DNA from: an uncultured virus (IMG/VR IMGVR_UViG_3300034989_000018)
Taxonomy: Duplodnaviria; Heunggongvirae; Uroviricota; Caudoviricetes
DNA length: 64,000 bases
IMG/VR virus record: IMGVR_UViG_3300034989_000018
Strand: one strand, 5' to 3'
The position numbers were made by a program, and so were the translations under genes. The notes beneath the pieces were generated by a model. That model worked only from the letters and a program-made list of their open reading frames with translations. It ran no database searches and was not told the origin of the DNA. This document shows positions 29,974-39,278 of this stretch, one piece after another. How positions within the stretch are numbered: the stretch's first letter is position 1; each line of letters opens with the position of its first letter.

Positions 29974-30046
29974 GGGATGGTAGCTCAATTGGTAGAGCTT
30001 AGGATTAAAAATCCTAAAGTTGATGGTTCAAATCCATTCTATCCCA
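29974..30046 (+). tRNA. tRNA-Phe-like with atypical AAA anticodon
   Basis: GGGATGG/CTATCCC acceptor, GCTC/GAGC D stem, TAGGA-TTAAAAA-TCCTA anticodon arm, GATGG-TTCAAAT-CCATT T arm. Confidence 0.85.
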
Positions 30047-30193
30047 TTTGAGATAAGCTAAGACTCAAGTTAAATAAAAGCTATTTTTGGAGGTTCGAAT
30101 CCTTTCCACGACTTTAATTCTACTATTTGAAATGTCGTGGTGATGCAATGGCAGACATTAGCTATTAAAATTTAAATTTAAGTTATTCTCAAA
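30047..30193 (+). ncRNA. circularly permuted tRNA-mimic module 1
   Basis: Order: AGCTA, T arm GGAGG-TTCGAAT-CCTTT, CCACGAC, linker, GTCGTGG, D arm, TAGCT; closed by TTTGAGA/TCTCAAA. Confidence 0.8.
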
Positions 30194-30200
30194 AAGTTTA

Positions 30201-30447
30201 GTATAGTATATTTGTTTAAATCGATTTGTATTGGTAATTATGGTTTTACATTGGTTCGAATCCAATTTCTTGCTTTTAAAAACAGGTAATTAATTATGAA
30301 ATGTATATATTTAATATTTTCTTTTTTTTAGGGGGTTAAAGAATACTAATCCCCTACAATATGCAAGAATAGCATAGTGGTTATGCAGACCATATAAAAT
30401 TGAACCATTACATTAAATGTCGTTAAACATTGAAGATATATACATTT
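30201..30447 (+). ncRNA. circularly permuted tRNA-mimic module 2
   Basis: TATGGTT, T arm ATTGG-TTCGAAT-CCAAT, TTCTTGC, 89-nt linker, GCAAGAA, D arm GCAT-AGTGGTT-ATGC, GACCATA; long outer stem. Confidence 0.8.
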
Positions 30448-30472
30448 TAAAATGATTTGGCAAAAATCATAT

Positions 30473-30504
30473 AACAAGGCATCATGGAGAAGATGCCTTG
30501 TTTT
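30473..30504 (+). terminator. intrinsic terminator ending the protein-RNA unit
   Basis: AACAAGGCATC/GATGCCTTGTT hairpin plus T's. Confidence 0.75.
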
Positions 30505-30737
30505 AATATATCAGGATAATAAAATATTGTTATAATTAAGATTTTTCTAGTATAATAAAATTGTTAGTAAATCTCTTTGTTGCAGACTGTTTTTATAGAC
30601 CTGTTTACTAAACAGGTCTATTATTATGTAAATTTTACATATTATGTTTATTTTTTTTCATTATATTATGCATTACTTGACATAATGTAAAAAGTGTTAT
30701 AACATTATAAATAAAGATTAAAATAGGAGGGGTAGGA

Positions 30738-31661
30738 ATGATTGATAGGAAATATAATTTTAATACGCAGTATATTAACAAATTAATAAAGACTAATGAA
30801 TTTACAAATAGAAAAAAAATATGTGAAAGATTAGAAATAACTGAAAACGCGTTAAATCTTAAAATAAGTCGTCGTACTCTAATTTATATAAATGAAGCAA
30901 TAGAATTATCAGATGAATTACACATGAATGTAATTGATGTATTTTGTCCAACACAGCAAATGATGTTTGAAGTGTATTATAATGATTATAATATAGAAAA
31001 ATATTATGATAAAAAGTCTTATAATGATTTCAATTTAAATCAAAAATACTTAAAACAATTATTAAATGATAAAGGAATACATATCAATGAATTATGTAAT
31101 TTATGGAGTTTAAAAATTGTATCTATCTATGACAAATTAAGAGGCGATACAAAAATAACAGTAAAAGAAGGTATTTTATTAAGTAGTTATATGGAATTAC
31201 CTGTTGAAAAAATATTTTGTCCAACAAATAATGAATTAATTCATGTAATATCAAAAGAATTTAATAAATCTTTAAAAAAAAGTAATGAATCAGATAAATT
31301 GATAATTAATAAACATTTAATCGAAGGATTTAACATGAATAACATAAATGTTAATAAACAATATATCTCAAACTTGTTGTACATGGAAAACAAAAAATCG
31401 AAGGACTTATCACAAATATTAAATTTATCTTTATCACATATATATAATAAATTAAATAAGAAAATAGATTTCGAATTTGATGAAGTTTGGAAAATATCAG
31501 CATTTCTAAATTTACCAATAAAAAAAGTATTCAATCCAACATCTAAGGATATTACTGATCTAACAATAAAAGTAACAAATGCAAAAAAAGAAAGACAAAA
31601 ACAACTGGCAAAAAATGCTGCTGATAGAAGAAAGAAAAGAAAACAAAAAAAATCAAAATAA
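30738..31661 (+). CDS. transcriptional regulator with three tandem XRE-like HTH domains
   Basis: Three repeats, ending ...VFCPT, ...IFCPT and ...VFNPT, each with HTH spacing; basic tail. Confidence 0.75.
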   Translation: MIDRKYNFNTQYINKLIKTNEFTNRKKICERLEITENALNLKISRRTLIYINEAIELSDELHMNVIDVFCPTQQMMFEVYYNDYNIEKYYDKKSYNDFNLNQKYLKQLLNDKGIHINELCNLWSLKIVSIYDKLRGDTKITVKEGILLSSYMELPVEKIFCPTNNELIHVISKEFNKSLKKSNESDKLIINKHLIEGFNMNNINVNKQYISNLLYMENKKSKDLSQILNLSLSHIYNKLNKKIDFEFDEVWKISAFLNLPIKKVFNPTSKDITDLTIKVTNAKKERQKQLAKNAADRRKKRKQKKSK

Positions 31662-31699
31662 TAAATCCTTTTATTACACTAGAAAGGAAATTCATTACA

Positions 31700-32308
31700 A
31701 TGTTAAATAATTTATCAAGATTAGGAGACTTTAGAAAAATATATCAAAAAATAGATGATTTAGATAATAAAATAACTAAATTGATAAGAAACACCAATGT
31801 TCATTTATATAAAATAAACAATAGATGGGGTGTACATATTACAAATAAAGATATAGCATTTGAAGACCTTGAAAAATATAAAGACAAAATTATCTCTTAT
31901 CCCACACCTGAGCAAATGCACAAATATATAAAAGATAATACATCTTTTAAATATGGTTACTGGCAACATGGAGTATCAATAGAAAAAACTATAACTACTC
32001 ATGAATTATCTAGTATCATAAATAAACATAATTCTATTATTGTTAAATTTATAGATGAAAATATAGATAAGTTTAAACTACTAGATGAAATAGTTGTAGG
32101 TAATATTACTGGGAAACAATGTAATAACTTTAAACTTCTTAAATTTTATTTTCTAACAGAAAAACAATTATTTTTCTTTTTATTTGCATTTCCTTGCATA
32201 TTTCATGAAGAAAATAAATCTGAGAAATTATTAGAAATTAAATTTTTTATTACAGTAAACTATAAAAAAGGTATAAACTTATTAGAACTCATTAGAACTT
32301 ATTATTAA
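31700..32308 (+). CDS. hypothetical protein
   Basis: 202-aa ORF with AAAGGA RBS. Confidence 0.65.
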   Translation: MLNNLSRLGDFRKIYQKIDDLDNKITKLIRNTNVHLYKINNRWGVHITNKDIAFEDLEKYKDKIISYPTPEQMHKYIKDNTSFKYGYWQHGVSIEKTITTHELSSIINKHNSIIVKFIDENIDKFKLLDEIVVGNITGKQCNNFKLLKFYFLTEKQLFFFLFAFPCIFHEENKSEKLLEIKFFITVNYKKGINLLELIRTYY

Positions 32309-32321
32309 GTTCTAATTTTTT

Positions 32322-32660
32322 ATAAAAACGTGTAAAGCGTGTAAAAAACACTATTTTTACACGCTTTTTTAATTGTCTGAATCGCTTTATATTATTGGTC
32401 TTGAAATACTTTTTACACTCTTTACACTCTTTTTTTTCTATTTAGAGAATAAAAAAATAAAATAAAAAAAAAGATAGATAGAGAGATGATGTATTATATA
32501 TTTATTATTATTTCGGAATCTGGTAGTCAATATGAAAATAGGGTAAAAAACAGTGTAAAAAGTGTAGATAAAATTAAGACTCTAGTAATACCAATGGTTT
32601 TAAGATTTTTTTTTAAATTTTTTTTACACTCTTTTTTATAAAAAAACGTGTAAAAAAAAA
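32322..32660. repeat. second iteron cluster homologous to 68-676; candidate origin or replication enhancer
   Basis: About nine TTTACAC/GTGTAAA units in both orientations around the same A-rich/AGAGAG/CTGG(G)TAGT..ATATGAAA spacer. Confidence 0.8.
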
Positions 32661-32737
32661 ATAACATATAATTTTTGGTTGCATTATTTGATATAAAGTG
32701 ATACTATATAAATACTTAAAAAAAAGGAGTTGTAAAG

Positions 32738-32944
32738 ATGAATAAATTAAAAAATAAATTAAAAGTAAACAAACAACATATGAAGAAAATATCATTATAT
32801 TTATCTGTAGATATAATTAAAGAATTAAAAGAATTATCTAAATTTAATGAAATTAGTATCAATAAAGTAGCTGCTCATTTAATACATACTGGATATGAAC
32901 AATCAAAAGAAGAAAAAAAATCAGGTAAAGAAAAAGCATCTTAG
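32738..32944 (+). CDS. ribbon-helix-helix (Arc/CopG-like) DNA-binding protein
   Basis: KKISLYLSVDIIKELKELS...ISINKVAAHLI. Confidence 0.65.
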   Translation: MNKLKNKLKVNKQHMKKISLYLSVDIIKELKELSKFNEISINKVAAHLIHTGYEQSKEEKKSGKEKAS

Positions 32945-32997
32945 ACGCTTTTTTATTATCTTAATAAAGGACGTTCTTAAAACGTTAAGGAGGAAAT

Positions 32998-33228
32998 ATG
33001 AAACATATACTAACTAAATCAAGATTAACAAGATTGTTTTTTAGAGGTGTAAAGGGTACAGGAACTAAAGGAAATACTAAAGAATATAAGGTCAAGCGGG
33101 CATTACGTCAGGATGGAAATAGTTTTACTGTAGCTATTCCACCTACAACAGTAGAAGATTTAAATTTATATGATGGTGTAAATATAGAGAGAAAAGGCAA
33201 GCAGGTAATAATTACGAAAGGGGGTTAA
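32998..33228 (+). CDS. AbrB/MazE-like DNA-binding protein
   Basis: RQDGNSFTVAIP...EDLNL...VIIT. Confidence 0.7.
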   Translation: MKHILTKSRLTRLFFRGVKGTGTKGNTKEYKVKRALRQDGNSFTVAIPPTTVEDLNLYDGVNIERKGKQVIITKGG

Positions 33229-33230
33229 GT

Positions 33231-35639
33231 ATGAAAGCAAATAAAGATTTAAAATATTCATATATATATAATAGTACAGTTACTAGCACTCATGGATGGA
33301 AGACATTTCAGGATACGTGGGAAAACATTATTAAAATGTTATCAACATGCGTAATGCAGGATTATACAAGACAAGAATATTTAGATAATAAAAAACAATT
33401 GGCTCATAAGAAGGATATAGGATGTATTTTATTTGGGAATTTAGAAGGTGATGTAAGGAAAGAAGATTATATTATATATAGAGATATAATAGCATTAGAT
33501 ATAGATGATTGTGACGAATCTATATGGGATAAGATTAATAAAATACCATATGAGCATTTCTGGCATACAACACATAGTCATACCGAAGAAAACCCAAGAA
33601 TAAGAATATTCTTACCATTAAAAGAAACCATAATGAATAAGAGTGATTACAGGATAATTACACAAGAATTATCCAGGAAATTAGGGTTCAAGCAATTGGA
33701 TTCTAATAGATGGGAAGAAATTGATAGAGCATCCTTCAAGTATAATCAGGTAATGTTCTTACCATCAACACCAATTGATGTAAATTTCAAAAGTAAACAT
33801 GTTGAAGGTAAACTTGTTGATCCTAAAGAATTTTTATTAACTCCTGAGCAGGATAAAAGAAAAGTAAAGTATGCAGCTAAGAAGACGATAGATGAAATAA
33901 ATAAAAAAGACAAAATAGATTTGAATAAAAAACTAGGTGGAATCAAAAGTCCTCATGATATGCCTGAAAATGAAGTTATACATAAATTCTGTAAAAAATA
34001 TAATATTCATGAAGTCATAGAAAATTTTTTAGATGATGTTTATAAAAAAGGAACTCAGAAAGAATGTTATACATATTGTGAAGGTTCAACGGAAAATGGA
34101 TTAAAAGTATATCCAGATAAAAAAGGTAATTATGCTACATATGCTTATAGTTTTCATAATACAGACCCTTTAAATGATGATCACTGCCACAATGGATTTA
34201 ATATGCTAAAGATACATAGATTTAAAGGCGATGTAACTAAGACAATCAAATATGTTAAAGAAAATTTAGGATATAAAAATGTTGAGGCAGCATTTGAAGT
34301 AGAAGCAGGTCACGAAGCAGATTATCATTATTATGATGATAATGGTAAATTGAAATTAAATTATAAACAAATTGTAGAACATTTAGCAAATGACCCAGAA
34401 CATAAGACTTTTAATACTGAGAATGGATTTTATATTTATAAAGATGGTGTTTATAAATCAACTACCTACAATATGGTAAAAAAATTTATAGCAAAACATT
34501 TACATGAAAAATATCAAGGTACATCACCGGTTAATGAGGTATTCAATAGATTATTGAGGGAAGAAGAAAAAATAGATATACTAAATAAAAAAGATAATTT
34601 AATAGTGTTTAATAATTGCGTTTTAGAGTTTAATAAAAAAGGAATTTATGAAATTAAAGAGCATAGCTTAGAATATATGAATACACATAAATTTTATTAT
34701 GACTTTAATCCTGATATTCATTGTAGTGTATGGGAAAAATTTTTAAATGAAGTATTACCTAAAGACCAACAAAAATTACTACAGGAAATCATAGGTTATA
34801 TAATGCTACCTAGCAATAAAATAAAAAAATTCTATGGTTTATATGGTGTTGGAGATTCTGGAAAATCACTAATATTAAACACTCTAGTAAAGATATTAGG
34901 AAAAGAATCAGTAGCAGCCGTAACCCTTCAAAAACTTGCAAACCCTAATCTTCGATTTGCTTCTGCTCCATTATATGGAAAATTAGCAAATGTAGTAGGT
35001 GACTTATCATCAGCGCCATTAAAAGATACTAGTCTAATTAAAATGCTTACAGGTGAAGATTTAACCTCGGGTGAACGGAAAGGATTAGACCCATTTGAGT
35101 TTTATAATAAAGCTAGATTAATATGCAGTATGAATAATTTGCCACCAACTTATGATAAGAACAATGAATTTTTTAATAGATTCATTATCATTCCTTTTGA
35201 AACTGCTATACCTAAAGAAGATCAGGATGAACATTTAATTGATAAATTTGATATGATTGGAGTAATAAACTGGGCTATCAAAGGTCTTCAAAGACTATTA
35301 TCAAATAAATTAAAATTCTCAACAAATGAAAAAAATGATAGTGTTATATTACAATATAAAAAAGATAATAATAATGTACTCCAATTTATAGATGATGCAC
35401 TAATAGAAGAAGAAAATAATAATGTTAAATCTATAGAAATGTATAACTGGTATAAACTATTCTGTAAAGAAAATGGATATTCTCCATTAGGCAGGAATAA
35501 ATTTATAAACGAAGCAAAATTGTGTGATATAGAATACTCAGAAAATTGTTTTGATAAAGATGGTAAAAAATTCAGAGGGTTTAAAAATATAAAGTTGAAA
35601 GACCAGGCTAAAGAAGATTATATAAGGATTATTATCTAA
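33231..35639 (+). CDS. primase-helicase, P4 alpha/D5 (SF3) family
   Basis: N-terminal ALDID, HTTHSH..ENPRIR primase motifs; GVGDSGKS Walker A, IKMLTGED, SMNNLP, FNRFIIIPF; C-terminal winged-helix-like region. Confidence 0.92.
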   Translation: MKANKDLKYSYIYNSTVTSTHGWKTFQDTWENIIKMLSTCVMQDYTRQEYLDNKKQLAHKKDIGCILFGNLEGDVRKEDYIIYRDIIALDIDDCDESIWDKINKIPYEHFWHTTHSHTEENPRIRIFLPLKETIMNKSDYRIITQELSRKLGFKQLDSNRWEEIDRASFKYNQVMFLPSTPIDVNFKSKHVEGKLVDPKEFLLTPEQDKRKVKYAAKKTIDEINKKDKIDLNKKLGGIKSPHDMPENEVIHKFCKKYNIHEVIENFLDDVYKKGTQKECYTYCEGSTENGLKVYPDKKGNYATYAYSFHNTDPLNDDHCHNGFNMLKIHRFKGDVTKTIKYVKENLGYKNVEAAFEVEAGHEADYHYYDDNGKLKLNYKQIVEHLANDPEHKTFNTENGFYIYKDGVYKSTTYNMVKKFIAKHLHEKYQGTSPVNEVFNRLLREEEKIDILNKKDNLIVFNNCVLEFNKKGIYEIKEHSLEYMNTHKFYYDFNPDIHCSVWEKFLNEVLPKDQQKLLQEIIGYIMLPSNKIKKFYGLYGVGDSGKSLILNTLVKILGKESVAAVTLQKLANPNLRFASAPLYGKLANVVGDLSSAPLKDTSLIKMLTGEDLTSGERKGLDPFEFYNKARLICSMNNLPPTYDKNNEFFNRFIIIPFETAIPKEDQDEHLIDKFDMIGVINWAIKGLQRLLSNKLKFSTNEKNDSVILQYKKDNNNVLQFIDDALIEEENNNVKSIEMYNWYKLFCKENGYSPLGRNKFINEAKLCDIEYSENCFDKDGKKFRGFKNIKLKDQAKEDYIRIII

Positions 35640-35804
35640 GACTGGTCAAAAATTTAATTACAAGAATTATTAAGTTTTTATTGTTGCAAAAGGTTACTAT
35701 TGGCAGTTAGTAGCCTTTTAATGAATTTTTACAATTATTTCACTATCTCAATTAACATCATTATACCTTATATACTTTCTAAAATCAACATATTTAAAAA
35801 TCAA

Positions 35805-35833
35805 TTGACTTAATGTAATTAGTGTAATATAAT
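35805..35833 (+). promoter_or_regulatory. sigmaA-type promoter
   Basis: TTGACT-17 nt-TATAAT. Confidence 0.75.
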
Positions 35834-35864
35834 GTAATCAATTCATTTAAGGAGGATTAAAAAA

Positions 35865-36197
35865 ATGATTGATTATAAATTAACAATAAATACAGATGAT
35901 AATAGTTCTACATATGTTTGGAGTGCGAATAAATCATATTTAGGCAAGTTATTATATGAAACATGTATCGAAGATATGGTAGTAGTAGGTGAAAAGGCGA
36001 TTATTTCAAAACATGTAGCATCTTTTGAAATAAGTAAGATCAAGTATTTGGATGAAAAGTACGATGATAGAATTCAATCAATAGAAATAGAGTATAAAGA
36101 TAATGATTTATTAAAAATTATAAAAGAATTTGTAGATACATACAAAAAAATAAAAGAAGAAGAAGAAAAGGATGATATAAATGAAAATGATAATTGA
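35865..36197 (+). CDS. hypothetical protein
   Basis: AAGGAGG RBS. Confidence 0.7.
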   Translation: MIDYKLTINTDDNSSTYVWSANKSYLGKLLYETCIEDMVVVGEKAIISKHVASFEISKIKYLDEKYDDRIQSIEIEYKDNDLLKIIKEFVDTYKKIKEEEEKDDINENDN

Positions 36198-36489
36198 ATT
36201 AAATGAAACAATAACTTTAAAAGAAATAATGCAATTACGAAAAAGTCTTAAAGAATCAGGAGTAGATGGGGATTTAGTAAAGTGTGATGAAGAAAAATTT
36301 ATTCTTGAATTAAGTTTTACTCAAGATATATCCGTGGATATTTTATTAAATATTGTAGAAGGTAAGGGTAATATTATACTTAAAAAAAGTAATATGGATG
36401 AAATACTAGAAAGAATAAATATTCAAAATCCTTTTGTCGCTATGACAAGTGATTTAGAAAAAATGGGACTTGTTAAGAAAGGTGAGTGA
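36181..36489 (+). CDS. hypothetical protein
   Basis: Overlapping operon gene. Confidence 0.65.
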   Translation: MKMIIELNETITLKEIMQLRKSLKESGVDGDLVKCDEEKFILELSFTQDISVDILLNIVEGKGNIILKKSNMDEILERINIQNPFVAMTSDLEKMGLVKKGE

Positions 36490-36495
36490 TTAAAA

Positions 36496-36678
36496 TTGTA
36501 TTTAAATGATCAAAAAAAATGTCCTATATGTGGAAAAAATTGCTATGTAAGTGAAAAATCTCAAGATTATGATTATGCTTGCTCTGACTCCAATTGTGAG
36601 TTTTGTATAGGTTATAATGCTTATATGGAAAAAAATTGTTATCAAATAAAACACTCACATAAAAGATTTTTAAGTTGA
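36496..36678 (+). CDS. small zinc-finger-like protein
   Basis: CPICG...CSDSNC. Confidence 0.55.
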   Translation: MYLNDQKKCPICGKNCYVSEKSQDYDYACSDSNCEFCIGYNAYMEKNCYQIKHSHKRFLS

Positions 36679-36700
36679 AAAGAATGGGAGGATTAAAAAA

Positions 36701-36955
36701 ATGAAATATAAATGTGAATCTTATGAAGTAGACGCTTTTAGATTCGGGTATGAAAATCCCCCACATTGGTTTTTAGATATGGTAGGAAAAAATAAAATAA
36801 ATTATACAAACGATAGCTTGAATTTATGTTACTTAGAAACTACTAAGGGTATAGAAATAGCCAATAAAGGGGGTTATATCTGTACAACTGACGATAATCT
36901 TCTATTTCAAATAACTTATAATGATTTCCATACTTATTTTAAAAAGAAGGAATGA
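36701..36955 (+). CDS. conserved phage hypothetical protein
   Basis: VDAFRFG...PHWF...LETTKG...ANKGGYI pattern; GGGAGG RBS. Confidence 0.65.
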   Translation: MKYKCESYEVDAFRFGYENPPHWFLDMVGKNKINYTNDSLNLCYLETTKGIEIANKGGYICTTDDNLLFQITYNDFHTYFKKKE

Positions 36956-37167
36956 ATAACTTAGAAAGGAGCAAAAAAATGACTTTAGAAGAAGCAAACA
37001 AAAATATCGATAGGAAGGTAATATATACTCCATTTCCTGAATGTGGCCTAAAGGATAAAGAAACAGGAGTAATCACAAGTACTAATGAATCATTCGTATT
37101 CGTTAGGTATGGTAGTGATATTAATTCTAAAGCAACAAGACCGGGTGATTTAGAATTTGAAGTATGA
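36952..37167 (+). CDS. small SH3-like hypothetical protein
   Basis: VIYTP...ETGVITSTNESFVFVRYG...ATRPGDL. Confidence 0.65.
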   Translation: MNNLERSKKMTLEEANKNIDRKVIYTPFPECGLKDKETGVITSTNESFVFVRYGSDINSKATRPGDLEFEV

Positions 37168-37269
37168 TATAATATTATAAAGGTTCATTTATAATTAATG
37201 ATGTAATATCTAATAATTAAGTAAAGAACACCTGTATATACAGGTGTTCTTTTTGTATGTAACTGTCAT

Positions 37270-37298
37270 TTGACATGATGTAAACCATGTTATATAAT
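37270..37298 (+). promoter_or_regulatory. consensus sigmaA promoter
   Basis: TTGACA-17 nt-TATAAT after terminator 37223-37254. Confidence 0.8.
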
Positions 37299-37325
37299 GT
37301 AAATTAAAATCAAAGGAGGATAAAA

Positions 37326-37739
37326 ATGACAAGTATAGAATTTTATAATAATTTATATGAATTAATCAATTCCAGAAAAGAACGTATTATATCACAATAC
37401 AAAACTAGAAAAATACGGAAAATAGATGAAATGTATACTATGTTTGAATCACAAAATAGATTAATGCAGATACAAAAAAAGACCAGGACCAAAAGATATA
37501 GAATTGACAAAAATATATATAATGAATGGGAAATTTTAAATATTACAGATTATACATGGTCTAATTTAACAATTGAAAATGTAGACTTATATTCGATTAT
37601 AAACCATAAGGGTTCTACAGTATGTCATAAGATATTAAAAGTATTTGCCAGCGGGGAATTGCACATAAGTGTTTATTATGTTGATAGAAAAGAATTCGAT
37701 AATGTAGCTAATTTAATTAAGGAGGTAAGGATAGTATGA
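37326..37739 (+). CDS. hypothetical protein
   Basis: AAGGAGG RBS. Confidence 0.7.
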   Translation: MTSIEFYNNLYELINSRKERIISQYKTRKIRKIDEMYTMFESQNRLMQIQKKTRTKRYRIDKNIYNEWEILNITDYTWSNLTIENVDLYSIINHKGSTVCHKILKVFASGELHISVYYVDRKEFDNVANLIKEVRIV

Positions 37740-38104
37740 ATAAACCTAAGAAAATAATAGTTATGGATTTTGATGGTGTTATACACAGTTATAAATCAGG
37801 ATGGCAAGGTATTGATGTAATTAATGATGAACCAGTACCAGGAGTTAAAGAGTTTATAAAGAAGCTTAGGAAATATTATCAAGTACATGTATTATCAAGC
37901 CGGACTGCATCTCTATTAGGTAAAGATGCTGTTATAAGATGGTTAGATAATTATGGTATAGAAGTTGATAAAGTGGCATCAGTAAAGCCACCAGCGTATC
38001 TGTCAATAGATGATAGGGCAATTTGTTTTAATGGTTCATTTGATGGTCTAAAAGAACAAATTGATACATTTGAACCCTGGACTAAAAAGAGGAAATTATT
38101 ATGA
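37736..38104 (+). CDS. HAD-superfamily phosphatase
   Basis: MDFDGVI motif I, SSR motif II, KPPA..IDDRA motifs III/IV. Confidence 0.85.
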   Translation: MNKPKKIIVMDFDGVIHSYKSGWQGIDVINDEPVPGVKEFIKKLRKYYQVHVLSSRTASLLGKDAVIRWLDNYGIEVDKVASVKPPAYLSIDDRAICFNGSFDGLKEQIDTFEPWTKKRKLL

Positions 38105-38538
38105 ATGAAAAATCATTATTTAAGTCATTTAAATCATTATTTAAGTCACTTAATGAAGTATTTAAACCAGATAAAATTTCAAGAATATTGATAGAGGTAA
38201 ATAAATTATTAGCAGAAGAAAAATTAGATTTCAGGATAGATTATTTAACAGATGAATATAAGATACATGAAATGAAACAATTCTTGATATTTGAAAAATA
38301 CAAAGATAAATATAAAGATTTAAAAGTAAATCGTATTGATATACATTGTTATAAACCTATGGAAAATATAGCTTTAAAGAGTTTTGATGCTGAAAAAATA
38401 ACACCAGAAGATACATATACTATAGAAACATATTTTATAAAATTGAAACATATTGCAAAAGCGTATCATATATTAGGTTATGCAGAACTAGATGAAACAG
38501 GTAAACAATTTATATATAAGTTAGGTGATAAAAAATGA
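38101..38538 (+). CDS. hypothetical protein
   Basis: ATGA overlap in operon. Confidence 0.65.
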   Translation: MNEKSLFKSFKSLFKSLNEVFKPDKISRILIEVNKLLAEEKLDFRIDYLTDEYKIHEMKQFLIFEKYKDKYKDLKVNRIDIHCYKPMENIALKSFDAEKITPEDTYTIETYFIKLKHIAKAYHILGYAELDETGKQFIYKLGDKK

Positions 38539-38762
38539 TTAAAAAAGATTATTATATTAAACTTAATGATTTTAATTTATTTATAAGAGATAGTAACGCT
38601 GATACACTACATTTGAATGTTTATAAAAATATATATAATAGCATCTCAATGAAATTAAATATCAATTTCAATCACTTATTATTAAATGAGGCTGATATTA
38701 AAACAATTGAAAAAGGATTTTTATTTTTATTAAATAATAGTAAGGTAGGTGAAAAATTTTGA
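38535..38762 (+). CDS. hypothetical protein
   Basis: ATGA overlap in operon. Confidence 0.6.
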   Translation: MIKKDYYIKLNDFNLFIRDSNADTLHLNVYKNIYNSISMKLNINFNHLLLNEADIKTIEKGFLFLLNNSKVGEKF

Positions 38763-38992
38763 AATTAACTCCTGAAAATGTGTTTAGATTAAAAAATATA
38801 CATGATAATGAATTATTAGCTATTTTGTCATTAGTAGCCTATGGCGAATATGATGATTTACCAGAACTAAGTAAAAATAGAATTCGAATTAAATTACAAG
38901 ATTTAAAAATATCTTTAAATTATATAATAACTCAATATTTGAAGGAATCGGAAAAAATGTATAGGGAGATTGATAAAAATGAAAGAATATAA
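38759..38992 (+). CDS. hypothetical protein
   Basis: Overlapping operon gene with AGGTG RBS. Confidence 0.6.
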   Translation: MKLTPENVFRLKNIHDNELLAILSLVAYGEYDDLPELSKNRIRIKLQDLKISLNYIITQYLKESEKMYREIDKNERI

Positions 38993-39278
38993 TTATATAT
39001 TTTATTTAAATTTAGTAGATATGAATAGGATGATAAAAGTAAGTGAATTCGTCCCATTTCCATATAAGACTAAAAAACCTATAAATACTACAGAAAAATA
39101 TTTCAACAATTGTGAAGAAGTAATGAAATTAACCAAAAAAGAATTAGAGTTTCCTAAATTACAATTATTCAAGAATATAAAACAAGGACTACTATCAATA
39201 GGAATAATAGATACAAGTAATATTGCTGTAGTGGTAGTACACATGTTGTCTTTAGGGGAGGTAGATATAAATGATTGA
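38979..39278 (+). CDS. hypothetical protein
   Basis: GGGAG RBS. Confidence 0.6.
   Translation: MKEYNYIFYLNLVDMNRMIKVSEFVPFPYKTKKPINTTEKYFNNCEEVMKLTKKELEFPKLQLFKNIKQGLLSIGIIDTSNIAVVVVHMLSLGEVDIND

Noticed and set aside
30047..30447. Two-piece tmRNA or bona fide YrlA
   Set aside because: No tag reading frame or alanine G3:U70 acceptor identity seen, the D arms are retained, and no smpB or Ro60/TROVE gene is present; only the topology is shared
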